Assembly (NCBI RefSeq): GCF_964355755.1
Contig: NC_092675.1
Span: 23,036,912-23,100,911, forward strand
DNA: 64,000 bases
Source: Antedon mediterranea
Taxonomy: Eukaryota > Animalia > Echinodermata
Direction of reading: 5' to 3'
Part shown: one piece after another, positions 1 to 12,545 of the stretch
Layout of the letters: each line of letters opens with the position of its first letter
How positions within the stretch are numbered: position 1 is the first letter of the stretch
Notes under the pieces: model-generated
What the model saw: only the letters and a program-made list of their open reading frames with translations
Told to the model about the DNA's origin: nothing
Database searches by the model: none
Position numbers and translations under genes: made by a program

Positions 1-2
1 CA

Positions 3-3000
3 AGAGTTCAGAAAAAAACAAGGCACTGCGCATATTGTGCTGCAAAGGTTTAATATATTGTTTAGTGTGCTTATTTCCAAAGACACAGTAGGCCATTTAT
101 TGTACCTTGGTTTTAAAACAATTTTTAAAATTGACCCTCTTTCGATCCCATAGATGTCAAACCTATTCTTTTGTCATTGTTAGTTTTTCAATAAACATTT
201 ATAATGATAATCTACAGTTGTATTGTAACATTTCAACAATCAATGTTTATGGTGCTGTGAAATGTGGACAAAAAAACATTCCATCCTTCCAATACAACAT
301 TCAACAATTTTTTATTTTTTTTTATTTCATTTATTACTTTTAATAAAGCTCCTTACATCAAAAATATATCTAAATTATATAAAAATATAAAACAGTATAG
401 TATACAAATCATTATAACATTAAAAATACATAAATAAAATATTCAAATGTTTCAAATAAACTATTATTGGCTTCAGGTATCAAGAGCAGAATTGACTAGC
501 TCTTTCCGAGGTATTGCATCTGTCAGACGTCGTGCATCAACGAGCACCAGAATAAAAGTCTCAAAATCCCAGAAAGGAAGTGAACACATTGAAGTAAATG
601 ACAATGATGAAGATCATGATGATGGAACCCCATACAGTGCTGCTGTAAGCAACTTATCCGAGATGTGTAGCAATCTAGCAGACTATCTCAATGAAAATGC
701 ATGTGGAGAGAGTGAAGAGATGGAAGAAGATGCTGTGGAAACAGAAGAGGAAGATATCGAAGAGATGGAGATGGATGATGATGAAGCTGATGAAGAGGTA
801 CAGAAGTTGATTGGTGATGGCCTTGTTGTAGAGGATGATCCAGAGTTGATAACTGGTGCTGATACAACATCCAGTAACTCACCAGATGCTGAGATGTCAA
901 GTCAAGAAAGTAAAGGAAGTAGTGAATCTGAAGACAGTAACATTGGATCTCCTGAGTACAAAAGTCCTTTATCAAATTCTTTCGAAGTTCAGGATAACGA
1001 TAGAAGTGAAGATAATTCACCAATTGGATATTCTTCAGAAGACAATAGAACAGAATCCATAGATAACGCATTTATTGCCCACGACACACAAGAAAGACAT
1101 TTTGAACAAATTGGTAAAATTGTTGATACCTGTAGTAATAGTTTTCCTTTAGAAATGAATACAAAGCTTATATCAATTAATGAACCTTGTAAAAATCTTC
1201 CTACTGTTGAAAAGATATGCATAGAATCTGATAGTTCAACAGACACTGAAGGAGAAAGTAGATGTTCAGAACAAAATTCAAGGACTGATAGTATGCATTG
1301 TTTATCATCTAATGAAGCTTCGTTGAACTCTGATATTAGGAATAGCAATGTTGTAAGCAATTATAGTAGTAATGTTTCTTCTATTGCTAAAGATGTTACA
1401 GAACAGATTAAGCAACCCGATTCCTTTCAGGAGGATGACAAGCATGATAAATTAAAAGAGACATCAAACAAGGAGTTAATTCAAAAGAAGGATGAAGAAC
1501 TACAAATCTGTGATATGAAATCATCAGGTGACAAAGAATTGAGAGGATCAACAGAACAAAGCATAGAAAAAGACAATAATACATCAAAATGTTTACCAGA
1601 AGATAAAGACTTTAATAAAGCTGAAACAAGTTATTTACAGGATCATAAAGACACCAGTAGCTCAATAATAGAAACAACTGGACAAAACAGTATGCCTCAT
1701 GATAGTAAATCAAAGAGCAAGATATCTGCCGATAATGTTACACAGAAAATAGATGGCAGTATCGTTGTCTCCTGGACAAGGTATTTACTCAACATTTAAT
1801 TGTTTATCTTCATTGTGTTAAATACTTATATAAACAAAATTCATCAGATAATAATATACACACAGACAGACAACAAATAATTATTTAATTGTTGAATAAG
1901 AAATTGTATAGTGCCTTTTTCGATCATATACTACTACTTTGATATTATTGGTAGACAATTTAGCCTGAAGATACTGTAGTCCGGAAGAGTTATTTATACC
2001 CATACTAGTGTTGATCGCTAGACTGCCCTCTTTAGTATTTCTATTCTAATATAAAGCAAGAAGAGTTTTTGTTAATTATAGCTCTCTAAAATAATATCGT
2101 CCATCCTAAGATAATAATTATGTTCTATGATATTAAATTTCAGAGATGAAGATCGATTACTGTTGCAGACCTGTCAAACAATAGACAATAACAAAATGGC
2201 CCTTGAACAGGTATCTGAAATATTGGGAAACAAAAGCCTTTCTGAGGTATTTTTTTTTTCTCTCTTTAAAATAATGTTTGTTTTTTTAGTGCTGTAATAA
2301 TCTTAAGTAAGGTTGAATCTTACCACAATGTGCAAGTAAACATTGTATGATGTAGGCTTTCCTTTGCTTCATTATCTATGAACTGCTACATACAAAAATC
2401 AATAATAATGAATGAAATATTTGTAAGTGTCCTTTTAAAAGCATTGTTAATAATGTTTTATAACATGCACAGACGGTGTTCATGGTATTATCAAAACATT
2501 CTATTATCAGTAATATAATGTTAATAATATGATCTTTTATCGTGACAGTTTGGTTTTTAAATCTCAATATTGTAATGAATGTTAGAATAATAATGTTAAT
2601 GACATCTTTTTAAAATTAGCGCCCTCAATGGTTGATTTTGTTTAATATAGCGTCCTTTATGGATTGGTCACGCTTGTATAAAATCCCCATATATTAAATT
2701 TTTCAAAGTTTAATTTAATTGGAAAATCATTATAAAAAATACATAAAAAGTGATTAACATTAACTACAGACATTACAAATAAATACATTTATCAAAGATT
2801 TTCCTTGAAAGCCTCAAATATTTTCAATGTATTTTAATAACTATAAATAATGTATTTCAAACTGTTTAAAAACAGTATTTTAATAACTATAAATAATGTA
2901 TTTTAAACTGTTTAAAAACAGTTTAATTTTCATTCTTGTATCCAGAAAGATAGGCCTAATATAATTAGTTAATTACAAATTAATTTGGTATTGTATATCA

Positions 3001-3235
3001 TTTGTATTTGTTTACGATTAAGTTGTGTAATTTCTTGTGTTTGATTGTGATTCTATCTAATAATGTAAAAATTATCAATATCAATGGAATGTCCTAATTT
3101 ATATTTTGTTAGATTGAGGAGCGATTCAACACTTTGATGACATTGTTTACTAAACGTCCAAAGTCTGATGGTGAAGACAGTGTGGATAGGTCTGATGACA
3201 GTGAACGTAGCAGTACAAGTGACGTTGATGAATAA
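3..3235 (+). CDS. GON4L: GON-4-like protein, 3' part (last four coding exons in window: <=3-47, 477-1780, 2144-2246, 3113-3235)
   Basis: Phase-consistent GT-AG splicing gives ...RVQKKTRHCAYCAAK/VSRAEL...(long acidic region)...IVVSWTR/DEDRLLLQTCQ...LEQVSEILGNKSLSE/IEERFNTLMTLF...DVDE*. This matches the C-terminal Myb/SANT-like domain (WTRxxDRxIL..C...LGNK...RF..LM.LF) of GON4L/YY1AP1/CASP8AP2. The upstream CxxC-K motif favours GON4L. The gene begins before the window. Confidence 0.85.
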
Positions 3236-4329
3236 ACACAATTCTGAAAACTGATTGCATATTATGCCCTCACATCAAGTGTATAATTAAATATCTAACA
3301 CTATTCTTCCTTGAAATACATAACTGGGAAATAATATTATCATCATCGTTACTGGTTAAACACACGTTTGTTCTAGTTGATTTAAAACAAGTGTTTTTGT
3401 TGTTATCTTTTGATTTTTATTAATCAATGTTAATGATGATTTTTCTATGTATACTTGAATTTTTCTTTAAATTATGTGTCTAGATCTTGATAAATAAGCA
3501 TGTAAATATGTAACATAGGAAAGTATAGTATGTGGATTATCTTGGACAAATTTGTTTTATAATGTGTGTATTGTCTAAACTGCAATTTGTAATAATTAAA
3601 TTGTTTGAATTTTTGTTTGGTTTTTCAGAAAAGCTAGGTCTACTTTATTATGACATGCTTTATTATCCAATAGTGGATCATTAACGATTTTCACATCACT
3701 AAATAATAAAAAGTTAAAATAATTGTCAAGTATAGTATTGATTGAAATAATTAAATTGGAATTATTTACTAGTAACCAGATCCGTCACAAATATATTGAA
3801 CATGGCTGACGTGATCCTGTGTAAATTGCAACAGAAAAGAATGTTATTAACATTTGAATCGAAACCGATTTTTTTTCGTAGGGGTGTCTGTTGAAACATG
3901 ATAACGTGCCCACATCACAACTAAATTGTAATTCAACAAGTGATCTTTATAATATAAGATAATTTACCCCATTTAATTTTTTTTTAAAGCCCGCACAAAT
4001 GCACGTGTACATCGTATACAATTCACATTATTCTACCTTCTTCAGTTGAAAATAAATTAAGTTTCTTTATCTATTTAATAAAAATTGTTATTACAACGAA
4101 ATAATATTAAACACAAAAACATATTCAACTAACCAAGTTCAAGTTAAAATCTATTGTCAAATACAAAATAAATGAAATTTGCCTTCCAAGGTTCAAATTA
4201 CAATAAAAATAACAACAGTCAAAAACATACAATACTATACAATGGATAAGATAATATATAAGAAAATATGCTATGTATAAAACATTATGACATAAAAAAA
4301 CATTACCAATAAATAAAATATAAAACGTC

Positions 4330-4550
4330 TTACCGTACATCGTAATTAAAGGCGTATTTCATATTATTTTCTTGTTTGATTATCTCTTAATATTAGATAT
4401 TTATTGCTTTGACATTTTGTAAACAAATTAATTTGAAAATTAATAATGAAAAAATATTAATTTGTTTAAAATCAATTTTAATTAAGCGTCGACTACGTGG
4501 ATAATGCATAGGTTTGTAAGTACCAAATAACTTCGTAATTAAATGTTTGA
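4330..4550. repeat. ~220-bp dispersed direct repeat, copy 1 (copy 2 at ~9578-9800)
   Basis: ttaccgtacatcgtaattaaaggcgtatttcatatt...taccaaataacttcgtaattaaatgttt is present nearly identically at both positions. Confidence 0.85.
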
Positions 4551-4893
4551 ATGGGATTCTTTTTTTTAAACCGAAACAATGGAAAGTAGTTATGATGTAA
4601 GAGAGTGCTGTATAACGTTTTTGTAGAGAGATGGCAACCTTTTCCCAGTTTTTTTTAAATAGAAAGTTATATTTATTCTCATCTCTGGGATTACTATTAC
4701 CGTAGGCCTATAACTTCGTAATTAAATGTTTGAATGGGATTCTTTTTTTTAAACCGAAACAATGGAAAGTAGTTATGATGTAAGAGAGTGCTGTATAACG
4801 TTTTTGTAGAGAGATGGCAACCTTTTCCCAGTTTTTTTTAAATAGAAAGTTATATTTATTCTCATCTCTGGGATTACTATTACCGTAGGCCTA
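4527..4893. repeat. Near-perfect 183-bp tandem duplication
   Basis: ataacttcgtaattaaatg...taccgtaggcct starts at 4527 and again at 4710. Confidence 0.9.
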
Positions 4894-5032
4894 ATACTGT
4901 ACCAGTAGTACTATACCATAATGGTTATTGTAAGTTAGACTAATAATAAGCACAGTGCCACATTTCGAGTAAGATTATGAATGTGAGCAGGTTCTGTATA
5001 CTTTATACGGCGTAGATATGAGGTTGGAGCGA

Positions 5033-5191
5033 GGTTTCCACCACTTGAAACGCAACGCAAAGACGAACCCGAAGCATTTTGACCAATCACGACCCAATGG
5101 ATCATCTGAACTGTCGGCGCTTGTGATTGGTCTCCCTCACTTGACGTATACCTACGTCATTGCGTTGCGTACAAAGTAGTAACCAAGCTTA
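5033..5191. mobile_element. Degenerate palindromic MITE (partial relative at ~54654-54700)
   Basis: Arms acgcaacgcaa...gaccaatcac and gtgattggtc...ttgcgttgcgt...aaccaagct are inverted-complementary. The similar agcttggttcccc..acgcaac..ccaatcac occurs at 54654. Confidence 0.6.
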
Positions 5192-6693
5192 AGCTGTTTG
5201 ATTTAAAGTATAATCAATAGAAATACTAAACGGAGACGTGGGAGAACAATTGTAATGATGTACCATTACATCATTATTATATGACGGTTTTGTAGAGTTG
5301 TCAAGGTATTATCATTACAAAATTCGAAAATCGATTTCAGCGAGCCATTGTTCTCAAGCCATTGTACTTATTTATTCGTTCCACTTTCTATTTTATGGTG
5401 TTTAATTAAACTATTGTAATAGTTTCGTAGAACCAAAATGCTGGATGTAGTTATTCTTGTCTCATGAAATACTCTTAGCCTGATTAAACGAGAATGTTGG
5501 TTTACAATAATAATGATGAAACTCTATACAAATACTTTTAAAGGAAGCGTAAATCGTCTCCATTGTTTCAATACCTTTTATCTCAAATTTGTGCTGACAT
5601 TGTACCAACAATATATTGTCAGATGTATCTATATATAAATTATGCTAAAACGTCTTCCATCTTTGGCCAAAACGGCCCATTGTTTCGCCGAATAATGTAT
5701 TAATAATACCATTTTATCTACAATTTACCAAGCATTTTTTATTCCTTTTTACCACTTTTTATATCTACTAAAGGATTTTATTTATAAATGTTACCATATT
5801 ATTAAAACTAAAATAATAAACGTGTCCCTCGAATAAGCACCTCCCTCAAATTAACTCCGCCTCCTCCACCCTGTAAGGGTCCTACCAAACAATAATCACT
5901 ATACGCTAAAATTGCTATTAATCATCTAAGACACAGTGAAACAGGTTATTAGTAATAGTAGTTTAGTTTTACGAATATCAAGCATTTAATAATGGTAACC
6001 GACCGAAAACGTCCAGGCCAGAATGTCGTTCTAAAACCTTTTTAGCCGAGTCATTATGGCTTTCCGAGAACCATCGTCTACACTTCCTAGATGGGGTAGC
6101 GAGCTCACCCTCTAGTCGTACACACCATGGTTGTGATTTGGTTCCAGTTGCCAATTAGAAAGCAGCCAGTTGTGATTTTGCATACGAGTAAAAATCTTAT
6201 ATCTTTGATACAATATACTATTTGAACTATAACCAAAGTGAATTCTTCCATGTAATGAAATTAACAGCAAAACCTTGTATGTCATTTTTTTGTGAAAATA
6301 AATACAAATAAATATTTAAAACCAGGTATCAGATTGTGAATTAAGGTTATTTTTTAGTTGATCAATATTTATCCTTTTTAAAGTGTTAAAAGGTGTGTAT
6401 AAATAAAAATACCCCCAAACAATGTTCACTTAAGAAAGTTAAGATGATGTTTTGACAAATTTTACCCCAGTTTCTATCTGGATGTTAAATTAATTGACTT
6501 TTTGTATATTAGTATATACAATATATATTTGATGCATATCAGTTTTTTGAGTGACAGTGAATATTTATTCGGTTTAGTTTCAACTCATTTATGTTGATAT
6601 AATAGAGGTTATGTAATCGTGCGACTGTAATTATTTGTCCAGAATATGCCCAGATCCGTCGTCGGTGATTAAATTTTGATCCTGATTTCAACC

Positions 6694-8023
6694 AGGACCC
6701 AGAATATTTACCGTTATGGTGAATGATGCGGGTAACACCACTGATACTTGTTGGAAATTTGTGGATGATCTAACACTGGGAGAAATAATTAATATAAAAA
6801 ATAATAGTACATCATCAGAACTTCAATCCCATTTAGATTCCTTGAGTTGTTGGTGTAAACAAAATGACATGCTACCCAAGCCTTCGAAGTGCCATGTTAT
6901 TAATATAAATTTTATGAAATCCCAAATAAACTACCCCCAATTTACTATAAGTGGTGAAAAAATTGATACTGTACATAGTATGAAATTATTAGGTCTTGAG
7001 CTACAAGACAATTTAGGTTGGGATATCCAAATCAAAAGTATTATCTCTAGAGAGCAAGTAGAAGAATGTTTCTTCTTTATGCATTGAGAGGATATAGTGC
7101 ACCTATTGGTGACATGTTAAGTATTTATCAACTCTATATTCGGCCGCTGACTGAGTATGCATGTGTTGTTTGGCACTCTAGCATTACAAAACATCAGACC
7201 AATGAAATTGAGAGGTTGCAAAAGCGAGCATGCAAAATTATACTTGGCCAGGACTATGAGAGCTATGATACGGCCCTTACTCAACTTAAAATTACCAGCC
7301 TTGCTGAACGTAGAGAAAAATTAACATTAAAATTTGGAGAAGGTATCCTTAAGTCAGAGAGACATCGTAATATGCTGCCTGCTGAAAGACCTAATATATC
7401 TAGATTACGTAACCCCAATAGATTTACATTACCTAAAATAAAAACTAACCGATATAAAAATTCAACGATTCCCTATATTATAAACAAATTAAATTCCTCC
7501 TGTGAAAAATTAAATTAAAAAAATATATAATAAATGATTGTGCAATATTACCGCCTAAAATAATCAAATGAAGAGCACTGCAGACAACGTTTAATATTAA
7601 TATATACTGTAAACTTTTATTTTCCGAAATTTAATATATTTTTGTAGATTTTTAATGTTGTGAATATTTTAGTGAATAATTGTGCAATGTTGCCAGCTAT
7701 ACTAAAAGATAATAATAATAATCAAATAAAGAACAGTGCAGATAGGTTTTAATATATTATAATGTAAATTTTTCGTTTTTTTTAAATAAAAGTGCAATTG
7801 TATTTTCCAAAATTTTGTATATATTTTAAGATTCTTAATATTTTAAATCTTAGTGAATAATTGTGAAATTTTGTAATTGTAGGCTATATTCCGAATTTAT
7901 TATTGTAGTTTTTATAGATTTCATTTCAATATTTTTTATTGTAATACAAACGTTATTAGCTATGTGCTATTGTTTTTGTAATTTTATATATACCGTAATA
8001 AATAAAAAAAAAAAAAAAAAAAA
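6694..8023 (+). mobile_element. 5'-truncated non-LTR retrotransposon (CR1/L2-group LINE) 3' end: RT C-terminus, 3'UTR and poly(A)
   Basis: Translation GPRIFTVMVNDA...KFVDDLT (YADD-type RT motif)...LLGLELQDNLGW...IRPLTEYACVVW...IERLQKRACKII...RYKNSTIPY. A frameshift near 7050 (extra GA in tctagagagcaag) joins ORFs 6716-7087 and 7066-7518. An AT-rich 3'UTR with degenerate internal repeats is followed by aataataaat and an A-run at ~8005-8023. Confidence 0.9.
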
Positions 8024-8530
8024 CCTTTCTACTTTACTAGCATTTAATAACTAGCTACGGTAATCAATCACAATTTGTTTTATTTAATAAATAATCGAAT
8101 ATTGGAAAACAGTTAATAAATCTCGAACATGGCAACATATGACTACCTTTTCTGAAGAACAGGAATGATCAACCTTTAGATTTGTTTGTATATTGTTTCC
8201 ATAGTAATGCCAATTACAAATGTCCGTTGATGAGAGCTCTGGATGGTTGTTATCATAAAAGTAATATGGATGGTGTGGGCTACGGTATCAAGTATCAATT
8301 TATTATCCGTGTATTGATATTAGATACATAATGTTTACATTGCATATACGTATTGTACGAATGCATGCATTGAACAAATGAGAAAATCTCGTAAAGGATA
8401 CTTTATTATACAATATAATTATAACAAAACTATGAGAAACACGCACCAAAGTGTTGTTAAATATAGTTAATTATTAACATAGTATAATCGTCACGAAATC
8501 ACATGACATTTTATTAAGGTTTCCTACTTT

Positions 8531-9248
8531 AGTCGCGTGGAAGCGACTATATAGTTCACTATATCGGTCGGTCTGTCGGTCTGTTGGTCTGTCGGTCTGT
8601 CGGTCCGGTATCACTATGCGTTTTATCGCTTTCTGACCTTATCTTGATATCAGTTTAATCTAGCTAAGTCAATTTTTCACAGTATATTCCTTATGGCCAG
8701 GAATCGATGTGGTTATGTTTTCACGGTGCGCAATAAAAAATTACGCGGTCTACGCACGATTTAACGAAATCACGTTTGTAATCATATCTTCACAACCATG
8801 AATCACAATTAAATAAAATTTGGTACTCATAAATTTCAGGGCATAAATCATCATATGGCAATACAATTACGTGCGTAGCGCATGTAACGCATGCGTACGC
8901 GCGCTTAAAATTTTCCAAATTTATTTTCAACGAAATAAGAGTACGTTTCAGGCAATTTTAAGCGTTTACAAAATTGCCATGAGTGCGCAGATTTTTGCGC
9001 GCGCACTGCGCGTTAAATGTTGTTGCGCACTCTTTTTGCCCGATTTCTGTTTTCTTGACTTACTTTTCAACTCGAAATTACGTTATACGAGCACGTCAAA
9101 AGTGACAGGCTACGCACGTGTAAATTAAAAAAATGTTTTTAAACATTTCAACATTTTTAAACATGTTCAGTAATTTCGGTCAGTTGGTAGGTTGGTCGGT
9201 CGGTCGGTAAACACTAAGCACGCGACTGCAGCCATATATGGCCTTGTT
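8531..9248 (+). mobile_element. HINE/DINE-1-like non-autonomous Helentron-type element, long copy
   Basis: T-run, then AGTCGCGTG with a local inverted GCGACT, a (GGTC/TGTC)n microsatellite, the 3' subterminal inverted repeat CACGCGACT (9219-9227) and the stem-loop gccatatatggc followed by cttgtt. This is the canonical HINE layout. Confidence 0.75.
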
Positions 9249-9825
9249 AACAACAAGCTCGCTATATTTCAAAACTTGTATTTTTGCGACGTTGAGTAAT
9301 TAAAAAAAAAGTTAATTGAATTAACAACACGTAAGAAAAACAAAACCATGCTAAGAAATTACTATATGTATAGTTAATGGTATCTTTATATAGATTACGT
9401 GGCCACTGTCCAGAAAAAAATAATAAAGTAGGCCTATTTCCAGAGTTTGTATGTCATATGCTATCAATTTGAATTTCCAAATTATATTTGGCCAAACTAT
9501 GAATTAATTATGTTGTAAAACGTGGTGTCACATAATGCTATCAGAAATTTTGTGGAAACAAGTTTTATTTTTTAATATTACCGTACATCGTAATTAAAGG
9601 CGTATTTCATATTATTTTCTTGTTTGATTATCTTATTAAAATTACATATTTATTGCTTTGACATATTGTAAACAAATTAATTTGAAAATTAATAATGAAA
9701 AAATATTAATTTGTTTAAAATCAATTTTAATTAAGCGTCGACTACGTAGATAATTTATAGGTTTGTATGTACCAAATAACTTCGTAATTAAATGTTTCAA
9801 TAAGATCCCTTTTTTCTCCTTTACC

Positions 9826-10082
9826 ATGCCACCTAGATTGTTTTAGAGTTTAAATAGGGCAGGAGGCGCCTGGGTGCGGGATAACCGAGACCCGAGACAC
9901 AACTGGTGCTGACCGGGATTCAATTAGACCGATCACTGGTTAGTGACGAGTGCGTATCCTCTTACTTTGGTTTGGTTTTTTTTTTGGCATGGTTGGAATA
10001 CCTTTTATCGTATTAGTTTATGTAGGCCACAGCGCTTAGAGATTTCACAACAGGCGCTATATAAATCCAAGATATTATTATT
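9826..10082 (+). mobile_element. SINE/LINE-tail fragment ending in (TTA)-like tail
   Basis: The 3' end cagcgcttagagatttcacaacaggcgctatataaatccaagatattatta is shared, in reverse, with 49817-49879. Confidence 0.55.
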
Positions 10083-10836
10083 TTTATACGATAACAATTG
10101 TATAAAACGAAACGTAATAACGTGAACAGTATAGTTTGCTAAATTCTTTACAAAACGATTATAATTCTGTCAAAAATAAAATTAAATAATCATATACGTC
10201 CTTTTGAGATTGAAAAACAGAAATATTAGATTATATTAGAACTTGTCTTAGAGCTTGCAACCATTAGTCTATGGCCTAGAATTGACAGGAGTACTAAAGT
10301 ATGAAATAGACCTAGTGGAAATAGGATTGTAATTACTATTTATTGGTGTCAAATAGCAAAATGTTTTAATATTATAAGATTTTCCGCGTCCATGCACGGC
10401 GGGAGTTATTAGCCTGATAGAGTGGCAGTGAACTACACACGTACCGAGGCCGCCTTCCTATGTATATTACGTTCGCGTTAATAAAATGTAGTTATTTATT
10501 AATTATTACTGCAAAAAGACTCCCTCTCTTTTTCACTCTTCTCTTTCCACTGGCGCCACCCTTGGAACGCAGGCTACGAATGTACATGGATATGACTTAA
10601 GCATACGTTGAATGAACGTTTTGTGTGCATCAACATTAGAAGTTGCTCTAGGACAACAAATCATCTATTAAAATAAGAATAGACCCTAGTTATTGTTAAC
10701 ATTATCAATTGTTGTTCCAATAGGCCTATATATTGTATAGAATACATTTTTCCCTTTAAATAAGAGAGCGCAGTGTGATATATGAAATATTTTAAAAATA
10801 AGTTGGGTAAAAAAATACATGCAATCGTATTAAATT

Positions 10837-10967
10837 AGTCGCGTGCAACGCGACTCTACAGCTCACTATGTCGGTCGGTCGGTTCGTCGGATGGTCGGTC
10901 GGTCGCTTGGTCGGTCAGTAAACACTAAAATTGAGCATGGGGCTGCAGCCATGTATATATCCTTGTT
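10837..10967 (+). mobile_element. Short HINE/DINE-1-like copy
   Basis: AGTCGCGTGcaaCGCGACT hairpin, (GGTC)n, gtaaacactaa, gctgcagccatg...ccttgtt. Same termini as 8531-9248. Confidence 0.75.
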
Positions 10968-11823
10968 ATATTTCTTCTGCTTGTTTGATTTGGTTCCTTA
11001 ATTTTTTATAATCTTAAATATACTTTCTTATTTCCTTTTCTCTTCTTAAATTGATTTATACTATTATGAATATAATTGGAATAAAATGTTATCTTTTCAG
11101 TTTCTTCTTTATTTTGCCAACCAGAATGCACACATAGTTAGACATCTGCGTATGGGTTTGAGGATATTGATTAGAAGATATACGCGTTTCATATCATTAT
11201 TACTCCACAATAGCTATACAATAGAATCACGTGACAACAAATACAATAGTATTATTATTCCTTTCTACATTATAACGTCGTCGGTGTCTAGGTTTCCAAT
11301 AACATTTTTATACGTAATTGTTCAATTGATTGATTCTTTAATTAAAAATGTTTGTGAAATAATTAATCAATCGATATGATGTGACTTACTGAATATGAGA
11401 ACCTTTCAATTTCAATATTTAACCATTTGTTTATAATCGTCCCTATGGTAATGATCATTTCACCAATTTTAAGAGAATTGATGTTATTGCGGTCATTCAT
11501 CGACGGTTCTAACTGACACTATTATAACAAATATTTAGGCATCCAATTAACTTTACTCTAGGCCTTTTCCCTCAAGAACAGTGTCAATGAGGTTTAATTA
11601 ATTATATATTGTCAAAATTGAATGATCTAGTGAAAATGATTATTTGAATTTGTCTGGAAGTTGGTGGCGCTGGTAGATATTGGAACTCCCGGACTAATAA
11701 TATTCTCCAGCAATTAAACAGCAGTTGGTACGTCATCGGTGGTTGCATTTACCGATTTTGTTGATCATACTTACTTTGTTACCAATCTTGAAGGTTGCAA
11801 TATCACACTACACACTAAACATA

Positions 11824-12489
11824 ATGTCAAATAGTCCGCATTCTGTTGTCACCATAAACGAACCGATAGAATTAGATGGAAAAGAAAATCTGGAACTTAA
11901 TACAGTTCAAGAAACGACGGACGATAAACAGGCAGTTAATACGTACAAATCTAGTATTACTTTAATAGACCAAGATGTTGAACTTACCCGATATGAAGCT
12001 ATTAAACTTTGGATGGTGAAACATCCTTTAGTAATCGCAATTGTAATAGGATCTATAGCATTTCTGGTTCTTACTGTTATACTATGTGTTGTTTTGATTA
12101 ATCCAAAAGATGACAATACTGGTAAGTTTAAATTAGTTTGTATTATAATCTTGTCAATTGCTGAATTTAAAAACTGTAATCGTTATCGTTATGTCATAAC
12201 AAGCTTTATAGAGGAACACATTCTCGCACCTCCAGATTTGTTTGCGCTTTATAAATCTCAAATTAAATCCATTAAGAATTAAAACTAATAAATATTAATA
12301 ATATTATATATATATATAGATAAATCCAAAGACTGAAAATAATGACAATTCTGCTTGGTGATATACTGAATATATATCTCGGTTGGGGCGACTTTTTCTC
12401 ATTCTCACAGATTTCCTCATCGTTATCGTTTCAAATTAATTAATTAAATTTCAGTATCATCGGTTAAGGATTTATTCTGTGCCTATGAT

Positions 12490-12545
<56 letters not shown>

